This document shows, piece after piece, positions 1-13,500 of a stretch of 64,000 bases of DNA; position 1 is the first letter of the stretch, and each line of letters begins with the position of its first letter. The translations under genes and the position numbers were made by a program. The notes beneath the pieces were generated by a model that was not told where the DNA came from, did not search any database, and saw only the letters and a list, made by a program, of their open reading frames with translations. Source of the stretch: Bugula neritina (taxonomy: Eukaryota; Animalia; Bryozoa); assembly GCA_964035545.1 (NCBI GenBank), contig OZ037766.1, positions 8,670,722-8,734,721 on the forward strand, read 5' to 3'.

Positions 1-1556
1 GGATTATTTTCCATCAGCTTAGGCTGAAGCTATTTGCGTGTGGTAAGCATTCGCTCTAAATTTTATAGTTTTTGTTTTGCAAAAATGCTTTTGGGAATAA
101 ATTGCCAGCCATTTGTTGGCCTATTTTAGGGATGTTTTGGGTGTGGTCATAAAAGATACATCAAAATAAATTGATCTCTGTGTTATCAACTTCTTGCCTA
201 CCTATAATAATTGTAATGCTCATTTGACATTTCAAAATGTTTCTGTTAAGCAATTCGCAAGCTTTGCAGTTAATTTTATTATGGTTAATTTTTAAATTTA
301 AATAATTAGGTTTTTAACCAATCATTGGCCTAAAGTATATCTAAATTTATTTGGAAAAAAGTTTATGGAGTTTATGCAGTGGTGCAAGGTGCTTTCTTCT
401 TACAACCAATAAGCAACGATTGAGTTCCAAATATGTAACTTGTTTGCTAGGCTATGTATGTTTAAGTTGTATTTAATTATGCTTCTATTTTTACTAAGTT
501 ATCTACAGCAGTCTGCATTAAAGTCAGTTTAACAACCTGCCTAAGTAAATAGGTTTTAATATATTATAGAAATTGCGGCAGTTGGTTGAAGAATGCTCTC
601 AAATAAGTAAAAATAAGATTGTCTGCTCAACATAAACTGAATTTGACTGATATATCATAACCTTTTAGTTAACTGAGCAGTCAAAAACCTGCAAAGTTGC
701 TGTATACTCAGGGCTTAAAGGATACTAGCAATGCCTAAATTTAAGAAACTATGTGAACTTCTGCATCTTTAACATGTGCTTGTTTTTTTCAATTACAATA
801 TTTGTGATCAAATAATATTATTTTTGCTCAACATTCTTCAGATTGAATTATGTGCTAAATTTTCATGAATCGCAAACACCACAAAACTATTTGTAAAATG
901 TGTAACTGGTAGGTGTGTAGAGAATACACAGTTGACTCTAAACTATTACTAACAGTAGCTATATGTATCATACCCGTCAGTATGAAAGCACTTGACTGGC
1001 AATGTCAATATTGTCTATTACCTGTCTCATTGTTTTGCAATGCTTACACAGCATTACCCTGTTCTATAAAGTAGCAGCATATTCGTGGAGTTAAATTGAT
1101 TTCTGCTGTAGCCCTGTTTTATTGCTTTTGTTAGCCTGTTTTTGCCGCCGTTAAAAGGTGAAAAATGGGTGTGTAGGCCTATTTGAGTTGTGCTACCCTT
1201 TGTTAAGAAGTGATATATTTTCATACTTATTTGGTGAGCATCAAAGTCAGTGATAGCCATAGATTTTTTTCATGAAGTAAAATGTAAATTTTTAATTTGT
1301 ATATATATATTTCTTAGTTTTTAACTCTGTCGAAAATTGTATGTTGAAAAGTTTTTATGGGCCATGAATTTATTTTGGTGGAATAAACTATATAACTATT
1401 TTTTTATAATACTTGCATATTTCTTAAGCTATTATGTTCTTTACACATGTATGAGACTTTATATTGTAGCTATAAGAAGTTTTGACCTTGTTTGCATCCA
1501 TCTTTTTAGGATAGCCTATAGTTAAGTCACTCGGCCTTTAAAAGGCTATATTCAGA

Positions 1557-4500
1557 ATGGCAGTTAAAGCAGTCTGTGCGCTCTGTCTAGCTATATTGGT
1601 CTTGGACTCAACCTTTTACCTTGGTAAGTTGTAATCAAAAAATATGAGCATTTGTCAAGATTAGAAGGCATAATAGATGCAATCACTTCTTTGTAGACAG
1701 GTTTCAAGAGAAAAGGAAAACTCGTTTAAGCTTTGGAGCATAAGAATTTCTGCTCTACTTTTAATTCTGTTCAAATAGCATATTGTTCTTAATTTGCTTA
1801 AATAGAAATGTAATTCTTAGTGTAACAAAAGGGCAAAGAGCAATAATAATTCTACCGTGCAAATAGGTGTGTCAGGCTTTGATTTTGAATGAGTGGCTAG
1901 TGAGTACAGGAAGTGAATGAGATGCTTTAATGTTCTCAGTGACAGAGCAAATAGAATAGTGAAAACTTTGTGTTTAAGAAACTTGAAATCTCGTCATCTG
2001 CAAGCTAACAGAATCAATTCAGCATGTATGTCACAAAATTGATCGTAAAAAAAATTGTTTGAGCATACAATTTCAAGATAGTATGTAGATAAAGGTTAGT
2101 ATATATTTAAGAATATTTTAATACTGCATAAGTAAAGTGTGCCATGGGTTCTTCTATATATTCTTCATAATAAAGGGGAGTTATGTTTTCAACCTACAGG
2201 CTTGTGATGCTTTTAGTCCTATTTTGTTTAATAAAAGTATATATGCTATATATAATATTTTAAATGATTTCTATTGGCTCGAACAAACTATCATTAATTT
2301 TTAAGTACTGTTTGACCTCGATTGCCAGAACCATTTGTAGGGTTTTAAGGTAATTTAGTTGTTTAATAAAATGTCCAAGTATGTCTTACTGATTTTACTA
2401 CAATCTGGAAATGTTTATATGATACCAAAATTAATTAATTTCTGGTTAAATGTAGAAAGATGAACGTATTGTGATAATGATTGAACAGTCTGAAGGAGTA
2501 CAGTGTATGAATAATAATTTATTCGCACTTTTTATTTGTATAAGAAGTGATATCATTGTTTGCGTTATTGCACAATTTTCATTTTGTTCTTATGCTATTG
2601 TTGCATATTGAACTGCATGCATATCCAATGAGTGCCAGAGTGAAGCAAGATTGTTAATGGAAAAGCTTCCAGCAATTAAAAGTTCTGTTCAAACTTGTAG
2701 GGAATGTTTTTGCTGAAACTTTTTCCAACCTAGCAACTTTTTAGTTTCTACTATTAATGCTGCTGTTAGCTCTTGTTCAATGCCAGAGTTTAGGTTTACA
2801 TCCTAAGTGAGTTAGCATCTAGTCTTTCCCTGGGACCGTCTTAGCTTTCCTGAACTTTATGAAGGTCAATATAGTTTGCTGTCTCCATACATAGGCTTAG
2901 GTTAGCTGAAGATTTGTAAAGCTGTTCTTTGAAGAAAGGCTGAGACTACTCGACTTGATTTAAAAGTAACAATTGTAACTAGGGCTGGGTTGCTACGTGG
3001 AGCTGATGTTAAGCACTATTATAGTATCTTTCAATGGAATTTGGAATCAAGGCCTCCATTATCACTATTTTGACAAGAAAATGACCAGATTGCTGAGTGC
3101 ATTTATTGTGAATACCTGAGTTGTTACTTGTGAGATGGTTGTTGAGTATATTTGTCATAGTGTAGCCTAGATTGTAAGCAATAGTGAGTCAACTATTCAT
3201 GACAAATTAGCCCTCTGTAACTTGAAACTAATTCTTATATTTGCTTTGTCTTATTTTAATCTTAAAATGGCTTTAACTATTTCATTTGCATATCATTTTT
3301 GATTTTCTCACATAAATAACAGGTTTATGGAAAATCTATTCTTGGCTTATGCCCATGATCTAGCTTGTGTAACTTCATATTTACATTCATTTTAGTACAA
3401 GGTCAGACTGGTGCTACAGGACCAAGAGGATCACCGGGAGAAACTGGAGCAGTTGGAAGCCCTGGTAAGTTAATTTTACAGTCAGTGTGACATGGACAAA
3501 TTATGCCTAAATTACATGTTAGCTTGAAGCTTTGTGGCTTGAGGCATGTTTTAAGCAGCAATAGTTTCAAACCATCCATCTATCAGGTGCAACCGGGCAA
3601 GATGGTAACACTGGAGCTCAAGGCAATACTGGTGCAACTGGTTCACCAGGAGCTACTGGTCCTAGAGGTAGTATTGGAGAAACCGGTCCAGCTGGCTCAA
3701 CTGGTAATCCAGGATCACAGGGTTCTACTGGAGCCACTGGTGTTAGAGGTAAGTTGAAACTTTATATATCTATTTATGAAAAATACAAAAAATATACAAT
3801 CAAATAAAAAATTCATTATCAAGCTTATTAAGAAACATAATGGCTGTGGAAAAGAATTTCTCAATTCATCAAACTACTTGCTTGATTTGAAGTGAAAATC
3901 AGAACTATGATCAAAATTAAGGTTGATATTCCAACTCTGGGTCTCAACATTTGGGACCAACTTGACTGGAGAAATTGAATGGTTTACTAATCTAACTAAC
4001 TTTTTTATAAAGTCTGACATTGCTGATTTCTGCCACTCCTTATCCGGAAAACAACTGCACTAGACTTTACAGCAGTTGAATAGACTGCAATTTTTAAGAG
4101 AATTATTATGCAAATCTTAGCACCTTTGTAGTAAAAAAAAGAACAAGTTTCTCTTTTACATCACTATGTGTAGCTATGGTGGAACTGATAGCTGCACTTC
4201 AATTAGCTTATTCCTGCTACATAAAATCAATAAGATGTTTAGAAGTAACTTCATCATACTCAACAACACAAATGAACTGTACTAAAATGTTCCAACAACA
4301 CAAACGAAGTAAATAAGAAAATCAATAACTACGTTGGGTGTTTACAAAAGAAGCACGGGCCTTACTCTAAACCTAATAATGGAAGGCTATACCATGCGAT
4401 CTCTAGCACCAACGATACCCCACACATCATTAAGAAATATCATAATCGATAAATTATAAACTCCCCAACCTGTAGTATGATGGCCAGGTTTTCACAAACA

Positions 4501-7500
4501 GCCTTAAAAGCATCACATGAAAGTGGATAATAATATAAACTAAAATTGAAGCCAGAAATAGCAACAACACCTACCTTAAGATATACATTCTGTGTATGAC
4601 CCATTGTTCTGAGTAAACAATGTTTCGAAGTACCTATTAGAAGAAATCTTTAAATACTAAAAGCTGTACAAGTTTTTTAAGAAAATTAATCTCAAGCTCA
4701 GTAGCAGCCAAAATATAAGCAATATTATCGGAAACCATTGAAAGAACTTTCAACCCAACATGTATATGAACCATCTCACAAATGAAAATTTTAAAGCAAC
4801 AAAATTTTGCCTACTCATGGAAAGTGCCAATTGCCTTATTTACCAAGCCGCTGTTTCAAACAAAGATAGATGCAGCACTCAAAACCAGACATCAGTGGTT
4901 TTAAGCTTAGATTTTATAACATGAAAACAACATTTAACAACTCAGCAAAAAATATATAATTTAATATGAAGTTTAAAAAAACACTACATTTCTCAGCAAA
5001 ACTAGCAAACTATGCAACTTTTTATTGTTGGAAAAACGCTATGTATTATTTGCAATGTAATACTAAAAAAAGCATCATTTAACACTGGAATGAAATTGTG
5101 ACCACTTGTAAACATTATTTGGGGCAACATAACTTAATTATTTTAGCTACCTTAACAACACCTACTTTGCTTATATATTTATTTGTTTAAATTCCAATGT
5201 TTTTTTATTTTAATAATTACCTTTCCAAATATAATTTTTTAAGTATGTGGTATGCCTTTTATTTTATCTGTGTAATTTGATTATTTTTAATTTTATATTT
5301 CAACACACTAGTAGGATATATATATATATATAATTTCCATATTTAGGACCTTCTGGTGCTGTTGGACCCACTGGTAATACAGGAGCTGCTGGAAATCCTG
5401 GACAGACGGGTCAAACAGGAAACAAAGGAGAAAAAGGATCAATTGGAAGTGCTGGCTCAACAGGTAAAAGTAGCAGTGTTTTACATCAGGATGTGTTATT
5501 AGTTTAATTTCAATTTGTTATGACACTTATTTGCATTTCATTAACTAATCACACTAGTTCCAGTTTTAGCAAATTTTTGGGGGGGTATTTATAGGTCATA
5601 CTGGCAGCACTGGGCAGCCTGGCCAGAAGGGTGCTATTGGTGCCACTGGTGTTAAAGGTAGCACTGGAAATTCAGGAGCAGATGGGCAACCAGGTGAAAG
5701 TGGTGCAACTGGAGAAAGAGGTTAGTTTTTTTTTTATTACTGAATATATTTTAAATGTTTTATGCCTTTGACGAATCCAATTTTGTCAATGGTAAGAACA
5801 ATATAATTGACACAAAATTGTTTCTATTTAAATGGTATAAAATATATGGTATCTAGACAATATTTTAAATTACATAATGCAGTGTCCTGAAGTTGAGTGG
5901 TACCTCATATATTAGTTTGACAGGAAGTGTTGAATACTTGAAGTTTAGTTTTTCCGATTCTGCAATGTATTAGGAGGCATTGGTGAAACTGGTCCTGCTG
6001 GATCAAAAGGAAGTAAAGGAAACCAGGGAGTCAACGGCGCTACTGGACACACTGGCCAAACTGGACCTCAAGGTCCTGCTGGAAGTACTGGAGATAGTGG
6101 ACCAGTTGGAGCCACTGGGCCAAAGGGCAGCGCTGGTATCAAGGGAAACAAAGGTCAAGCTTGTTGATTTACTTTTGTAGGGCAAACAACTTATATATAT
6201 CAGATTTATGTGTAACTTGCATATGAATTTTAGTCAAAAATAATCAAGCTCTTTGTTATGAGTAAGCTTGGATTTTAAGTCTAATGTAATTCTTAATTTT
6301 TTTTATACTGCCTACTAAAACTAAAAATGCTAAATGGTGAAGTTAGACTAGAATGTAGTCAAGTCAAGTAAAAGCTAACTTAGATTTTCAAAGTTTGTAC
6401 GATTGCAACTACCAAGTTTTTATTTTCTACGTTCACACATATACTGCATTGCTAGTGATTGTGTACTCTGGGTTGTGACAATCATACTTGAGGTGATATT
6501 TGCAGGTAGTATTGGTGATAGCGGCCCTAGAGGTATTCAAGGCGCTACAGGTGTGAAGGGAAATGCCGGAACAAAAGGTAAATTAAACATTGTGTGTTTA
6601 TGTCAATTCTCACTGCCACTTTCAACCGCGTAATCCAACATTTTTGCAATAATTCTGAAAATTATGGGCAAGTTTTCTAATCTCATTAGTGATAATCTCA
6701 AGTTTTATTTATGTTAATAACTATTACTTTAATAGGAATATGTTTGTAAAAGTAATTGTTCAGTAAATAATTTAGAGTAAATGAATTTTGTTCAACTTTC
6801 TATAAGGTCAAAATGACATTTATACACTTGTAGTACTGTGATTCTTGAACCAAAAAGTTGTCATGTGTTTATTCTTTTGATCAGGAAGCTCTGGACCTGC
6901 AGGAGCTCCTGGTGCTACTGGTCAGCAAGGAGACACTGGTGCCCGAGGGCCTGAGGGAGTCAAGGGAGAAATCGGAAGCACCGGACCTGTTGGTGCAACT
7001 GGCAATCCTGGACCTAAAGGTTATTTCAACTTGTGTTTTTTGTTTCTCATGATTCAACTGCGTTAAAATATTTAAATATTATACAGTTTGAAACCTAAAT
7101 ATATCTTGCATGCTTACGTTGCCGACTGCAGGAAGTCAAGGTGACTCAGGAGCCGTAGGTGCAACTGGGCCCCGGGGTAACACCGGAACTAAAGGTAATC
7201 AGGGAGACCAAGGTAGTAAAGGAGAACAAGGGGATTCTGGTATCCAAGGACCAGCTGGCCAGACAGGTTCAACAGGGCCTACTGGTCAAAAGGGGTCAAA
7301 GGGCATTCAAGGTATGTCTTGCATATAAATCAAGTGATCTCTACTTAATTATGAATGAGCATAACATTTCCTATTGAATTGTTTTGTCAGCTCATATCTT
7401 GTTAATTTGATTTACGGTATACTAATCATGTCATATTAGTAATTATTATTATTTATTAATTATTAAATTACTGATGTATTTTGCTTGCTGTATCATTGTA

Positions 7501-10500
7501 TTTGTGTGACTCAGGAAATAAGGGAGTTATTGGAGCAAGTGGAATTCAAGGACAAACTGGACACACGGGGCAAACTGGTGCACCGGGTCCAAAGGGTGAT
7601 GTGGGAGCATCTGGTCCTGCTGGATCTAAAGGTTCCATTGGTAAGACTATTTTGTGAATGTCTAGTTGTTTGCATTTAAATGCCTACAAATTTGCTGCAT
7701 GCTGCAGTTTTGTTTATTTTATTTGAAGGTTTGGGTAAACTGCAGCTTGAAATTTGTCAATTAGGATTTTTGAAGCTCTTATGAGCTGTTATAAGATTTT
7801 TTTTTCTTGTCACTCAATCAGCCTTTACAGAGTTTCAGAGTTTTGTTTATCTAATTATGTATCATGTGTGTTTTGCAACCCAAGACTCCCTTTGCTAGGC
7901 TGATGTTAACCGTAGTAATTCTGCTTTACTAAAGGTGCCACTGGACCAACTGGTGTTAAGGGTGCTAGTGGTGCTGCTGGTGCCACAGGGCCAAGTGGAC
8001 CACAAGGTGATGATGGGCCAAAAGGTAATCAAGGAGTGTCTGGGCCTGTTGGCCCACAGGGTACTCAGGGACAGACTGGAAATACAGGTATGTCAAGTTA
8101 TCAGCACTACTTATAATATCGCTTGATATATTTCATTAGGAAAGCGCATCTATAGCCAAACAGTATTTAATACTAAGAAAGTTGCTACTCATACACTTTG
8201 TTTTACACAGGTGCAACCGGACCTTCTGGCAGCACTGGGCCCAAGGGACAAAAAGGAGATTCCGGAATACATGGTGTACAGGGAAGAGAGGGTGCTACTG
8301 GGCCTGTGGGTCCACAAGGTAATCCAGGGAGTAGCGGACCAGCCGGAGTACCTGGCCAAAAGGGTGATAGAGGGTTTACTGGTCAACAAGGTTCAACAGG
8401 TGCCACTGGTCAGCAGGGAGATTCTGGACCTACAGGTATTTGGTTAATCGCTGGCCAATAATTTACTTTGCCTTTTTTAAGAAATGCACTGCTAGATAGC
8501 TCATGTAATTGGGTTTCTGTAGGCAATCCTGGGCAAAAAGGACAGAAGGGTGATGGAGGAAATGATGGAAATGATGGAGCTAAAGGTTCTGTGGGTGACA
8601 GCGGTATAGCTGGTGCTAAGGGACAGAAAGGTAGTCGTGGGCTGGTTGGTAGTACTGGAGACTCTGGAGCTCAGGGTGCAACAGGCGTTCGTGGAGTTGA
8701 TGGTGCTAAAGGTGATTCTGGTGCAGATGGCTCTACTGGAAGTACTGGACCTAAAGGTTTGTTTATTGAAATATAGATATTTTGTTCAAACTGTAGAAAT
8801 ACAATAAATAGATACAACTTTTACATAATGAACTGATTCTTGTAACCTATGTTTCCACTAATAAAGCATTAATAAACTGAGCTTGCTTTGCCTACTTATT
8901 TTTTATTTTCTGTAGTTTTGAAGGTTTTTTATGGATTTCAAGTTTGTACACATATAATTGATAATTTAATATTTATACAGGTAACCGTGGAGAAAAAGGT
9001 TCTGTTGGAGACTCTGGTATTGCTGGAAGAGATGGTGCTACAGGTCCTAAAGGTAATAAAGGAGAATCTGGATCAGATGGTGCACCAGGTCAACAAGGTG
9101 CAACTGGTGCTCAAGGACCCAAAGGAAACACCGGAGATAGTGGCTCTGATGGTGCAACAGGATCAATTGGTCCCAAAGGAAACACGGGTAAGAAAATTTC
9201 TCAAATATATATGTAATGATGTAACATATAATTATTGTTAGTAACTTATAAATCTTATTCTTCCCAAATATGATAGTTTATTCTATATATTATTGCTAAT
9301 AAGCAATTATATATAGGTTTTGTGCAGTATAGTTTTTTATCAAAATTTTATTAAAATTTTAAGCCATTTTTATCTTAATTAGATTCCATTAATATACATG
9401 TTGCTGTAGAAATTTGCTACTTTTGAATGCTCAAGTTCTATTAACCATATATTTTTAAAGTTTTTATTTATGAAAATTTTTTTTCATAGTTCAGTCAGTT
9501 TGAATTCATTTTGCCGGCAGCAATTTTGTAAATAAACCGCAATTTCCATAAGTACTGAAATTGCTACATAGTTGGGGAAGTAATAATTCACTGTTGTAGG
9601 TTTTGTAGTCTGTAGTGTGGTTCAGGTAGTCTTGTTGAACAAGTTTTATTTCCATAAAGTATTGCAGTGTACTTGTATGTATTTCAAAGAAGCATAATAT
9701 ATATGTCAATAGCTGGCTGTTGAGTAACAACATATCTTGCCTTTATGGTAGTAGTTTGCCCTAAATCTTGTGAATCAAATCAATTGTTAATTAAATCGGT
9801 GGCTTCAGGCAGAGATAAGAAAACTCTCTCGAGTTCAATTGTTATATTGCATATTAGTATGAGTCACCAATGCTTAGAAGTAGCTGACTTAAGCTAAGAT
9901 CTGAACATATTTTTTGTGACTGTAGGTGATTCTGGGCCTCGGGGAAGTGATGGTAGTGATGGAACTAAAGGGCAGAAAGGTGACAGCGGTATTGCAGGTA
10001 TACAAGGCAGAAAGGGAGATACTGGCGATAGCGGCACTGATGGAGCTCCTGGTGCTAAAGGTTCTTTGGGTGACAGTGGGCCACAGGGTGCCACTGGTCC
10101 ACAAGGAAGCACCGGAACACCAGGTGTTACCGGCCAGAAAGGAGAGAGAGGTAAAACTATAATTGTTGGATTTTTTTATTGAAATCTTGTTTATTTCAAG
10201 GCAGAATATTGATATGCTTAAGGATATATGTCATAATGCTTTGTCAATTGTTTCAAATTTTTACTCTATGGTCAAATTTGATTTAAAAATGGATGTTTTC
10301 TCACGCACTGGGTGCTTTTAATCATATAGTGTTCGTGCTTTGAATGTTTGGTAAAAGTTTCTAATAGATATTCACTGTAGCAGAATGGTTACAAAACACA
10401 TGCATGTAGGAGTTGTTGCTTCTCCATGCTAATTGGTTAAAAACAAATGTGTTTCTTCAATGTGGAATGCAGCTAGAGCCTTGTAAAATTTTGTGAAATA

Positions 10501-13500
10501 TACATACATGTCTAATGATAAAATGTGTCCTTAAAGGATATCAGTATAAACTTACCTGCAACATTACAATAACAGTCAATAAATAACAAAATAAATTTAT
10601 TGTATTTCCAAAGCTCTTAATGTTGTTTGCTTATCTTATCTACTTTTTTAGGATAGTACATTTTTTTTCAAAATAGCAAGAAGTAAATAATTATTATTTG
10701 TAAAAAAAAATTCTACGCGTTTTATAGTAGAAAAACTCAGAAATTAGTGAAAAAACAAAAACAAAACAATTGTAATTTATAGCTCTTTTATTCATTTTAC
10801 TTTCGAGGTAGTTTTAAATAATCTGTAGTTGTCCGACTGTATTAATGTAACAAAATCTACAGAATGTTTCATGTCATTAATTTCACCATAACTATGCACT
10901 CTCCAAACTTGCCCATGTTTGTATACATTTTACTCGCTTTCAGGCTTTGTGGGAGCCACAGGAAGTCAAGGACCAAAGGGAGATTCTGGAGCTCGTGGGT
11001 TTGATGGACCTGCTGGATCAAAGGGATCAGCTGGTCAGAAAGGAGAGAAGGGTGTATCCGGGTCTGAAGGACCAGCTGGTGCTGCTGGATCTAAAGGAAA
11101 TAAAGGTTTGGTCTCTACTCAAACAATTTTTTGTTATAAATTTTGTTTGCACATGCGGTGAATTTATTTGGGATTTTTCATCCTTACTGATGACGCAGGC
11201 TCTGGCTTTAACGCTATCAAACTAATTATAGCTGTCATTGCTTGCTATTCTTAGTTGCCGCAACGCACAGCCGAATTTTTGAACTGGCTAAAAGTTCAAA
11301 ATTTAGACTTTCAAATCAGCTCAGTTATTAAACTAAGAGTTGCAGAAGCTAGGAATAGCACACAAGAAAAGTCAACAATATTTACTATTAGTTTTATAAT
11401 ACAGAACCAGCTGACAACACCATCTGCAAGCGATCAGAAACCATTTATCAATTCAGCACATGTACACACAAAATTAATTCAAAAACAAAATTGTTTGAGC
11501 ACGAAACCCTAAAACAGTATGTAAATGAAAGCTAGTATATATAAGAGTATTTCAACACTGCATTAGTGAAGCGAGCAGACGTGGTGTAGGGGTTAGAGCA
11601 TCTGCCTAGTAAACACGAAGGTCATGGGTTCGAGCCCTGACAAAGGCCATTGGTGATGTTAGGAAGAGCATCCAGTCATAATTGCTCCTGTGCCTCATTT
11701 AATTAAATCCTTAGCCCGCTGTAACAAAAACCCTTTCTATCAGGGGTTTCTCACAGGGATAGTGACTATAAACTTTCGTGAGTTTTTTATTAGTGAAGTG
11801 AGTCATAGATTCTTTAAATAATATTCAGGTGACGCTGGACAATCGGGAACTAATGGTGCACCTGGCTCACAAGGAGCACCTGGTGTTAAAGGAGATCAAG
11901 GCTCACAAGGTAACACAGGTCAAAAGGGTTCTGCTGGAACGAGAGGTGCTACTGGTGTTTCTGGAGGAAAAGGACAAAAAGGAGAAAGTGGTATTCATGG
12001 GCAGTTGGGTCGTAAGGGAGACATTGGTGCCACTGGTGTGCAAGGAGATTCTGGACCTGCAGGTAAACAGGGTGGCATTTTTCATTACTTTGTAGATTGT
12101 GTTCTGTTATATTTTCCCTTTGATCTTTGATTTTACTGATTATGAACTACCCCAACTTTGAGCTATTTTGTCTTTTTTTTACAAAATAAAGCCGTTGAAA
12201 TCTAGAAAATTCACTCTGAAATGTTTATATCCTGACAGGACCACAGGGTGAACGAGGAGTCAAGGGAGAACTTGGCGAAAAGGGACAGAAGGGTGTTTCT
12301 GGCTCAAGAGGTGTGGCTGGTGAAAAGGGCAACAATGGAAATACTGGAGCAACAGGTCCTCAAGGTAGCCAGGGTGCAACCGGCCACACCGGTCCAGCTG
12401 GATCACCTGGCGCTACCGGATTTCAGGGAGCTCAAGGAAACAAAGTAAAAATCTAATAATGAATCTGCTTGATATCTGTCTATTAGACAATACTTGTTTT
12501 AATGGTAGAAATCTTCAGTAGAAACTTACTTATGTCCAAATATGTTTTTCAAAATGATAGGAATGAATCAAACAAATAGAAAACAGCTAAAATATTTACA
12601 ATGCAACTTGTTCATTACAAATCCTTTAGCCTAAAATGACATTTTCAAATTGTACTAATTAATAGGAGCATTGTTATATTTCATCTATGAATAATATATT
12701 TTTATGTACCATTTATCTCTATGTATGAGAGTTGCGAATCTATATAAATGCATGTATTAAACTAGGGTCAAAAAGGTTCCCAGGGAAATATTGGCGCACA
12801 GGGTGCAACTGGTCAGCGAGGCTTTACTGGTTCAACAGGGCAGAAAGGTCAAGCTGGTTAGTTATTTGTTTTATCTTCTAATTCTCAATAGTACCTAACT
12901 GCAGTGGTATTGTATAAGTGGCTGTAATTCAGACTATGTCGATTGCTTAAGTCATGGTTCACTAAAATTAGGTGCAAATGGAATCAATGGTGAGCGTGGT
13001 GCCACTGGTCAACAGGGTAGTACTGGCCCTCAAGGTTCTGCAGGACAAAAAGGAGAAAGCGGTATCATGGGGGTTCAAGGAAGAAAAGGTGAAGCTGGAA
13101 ATGATGGCTCAAAGGGTAAGTTGAAGTTCAAGTACACTAAGCATAACTTAATTTAACGCTTTCAAAAAATTAAAGCGGTGCTTTCGTGTCAGTTAGGAAT
13201 AAGCAGGAAGGTTTAACCTTCTGTCGACACTGTCTAAATACTTCAAGAGTGTAATAAATCATTTGAATTTTGAATTGAGTACCTGTTGAGTTGAGTGCTT
13301 GTTGCTTGCTGACTTGCCTGAATGTACAGTCAGTCCATTTCTTTATCTTCGACAGTACTTTAAAAAGGAACTCTCATTTTGTTGCTGCAGAAGTGGTTTT
13401 TGGTACATTAGTAACTCTGTATTGCAGGTGAGCAAGGTGAGCAAGGTGAGAAAGGAGAGCAGGGAACAGCCGGTCTCAATGGACTCAATGGTTCGAAGGG

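Noticed and set aside
2757-2793. Possible alternative signal-peptide exon ([12 protein letters not shown], phase 1)
   Set aside because: Short hydrophobic core and weak GTTTAC donor. The 1557-1623 exon fits much better, and this one cannot be supported without transcripts.
11572-11650. Functional tRNA gene
   Set aside because: The acceptor stem does not pair and the sequence continues into a body flanked by a TSD, so it is a SINE.
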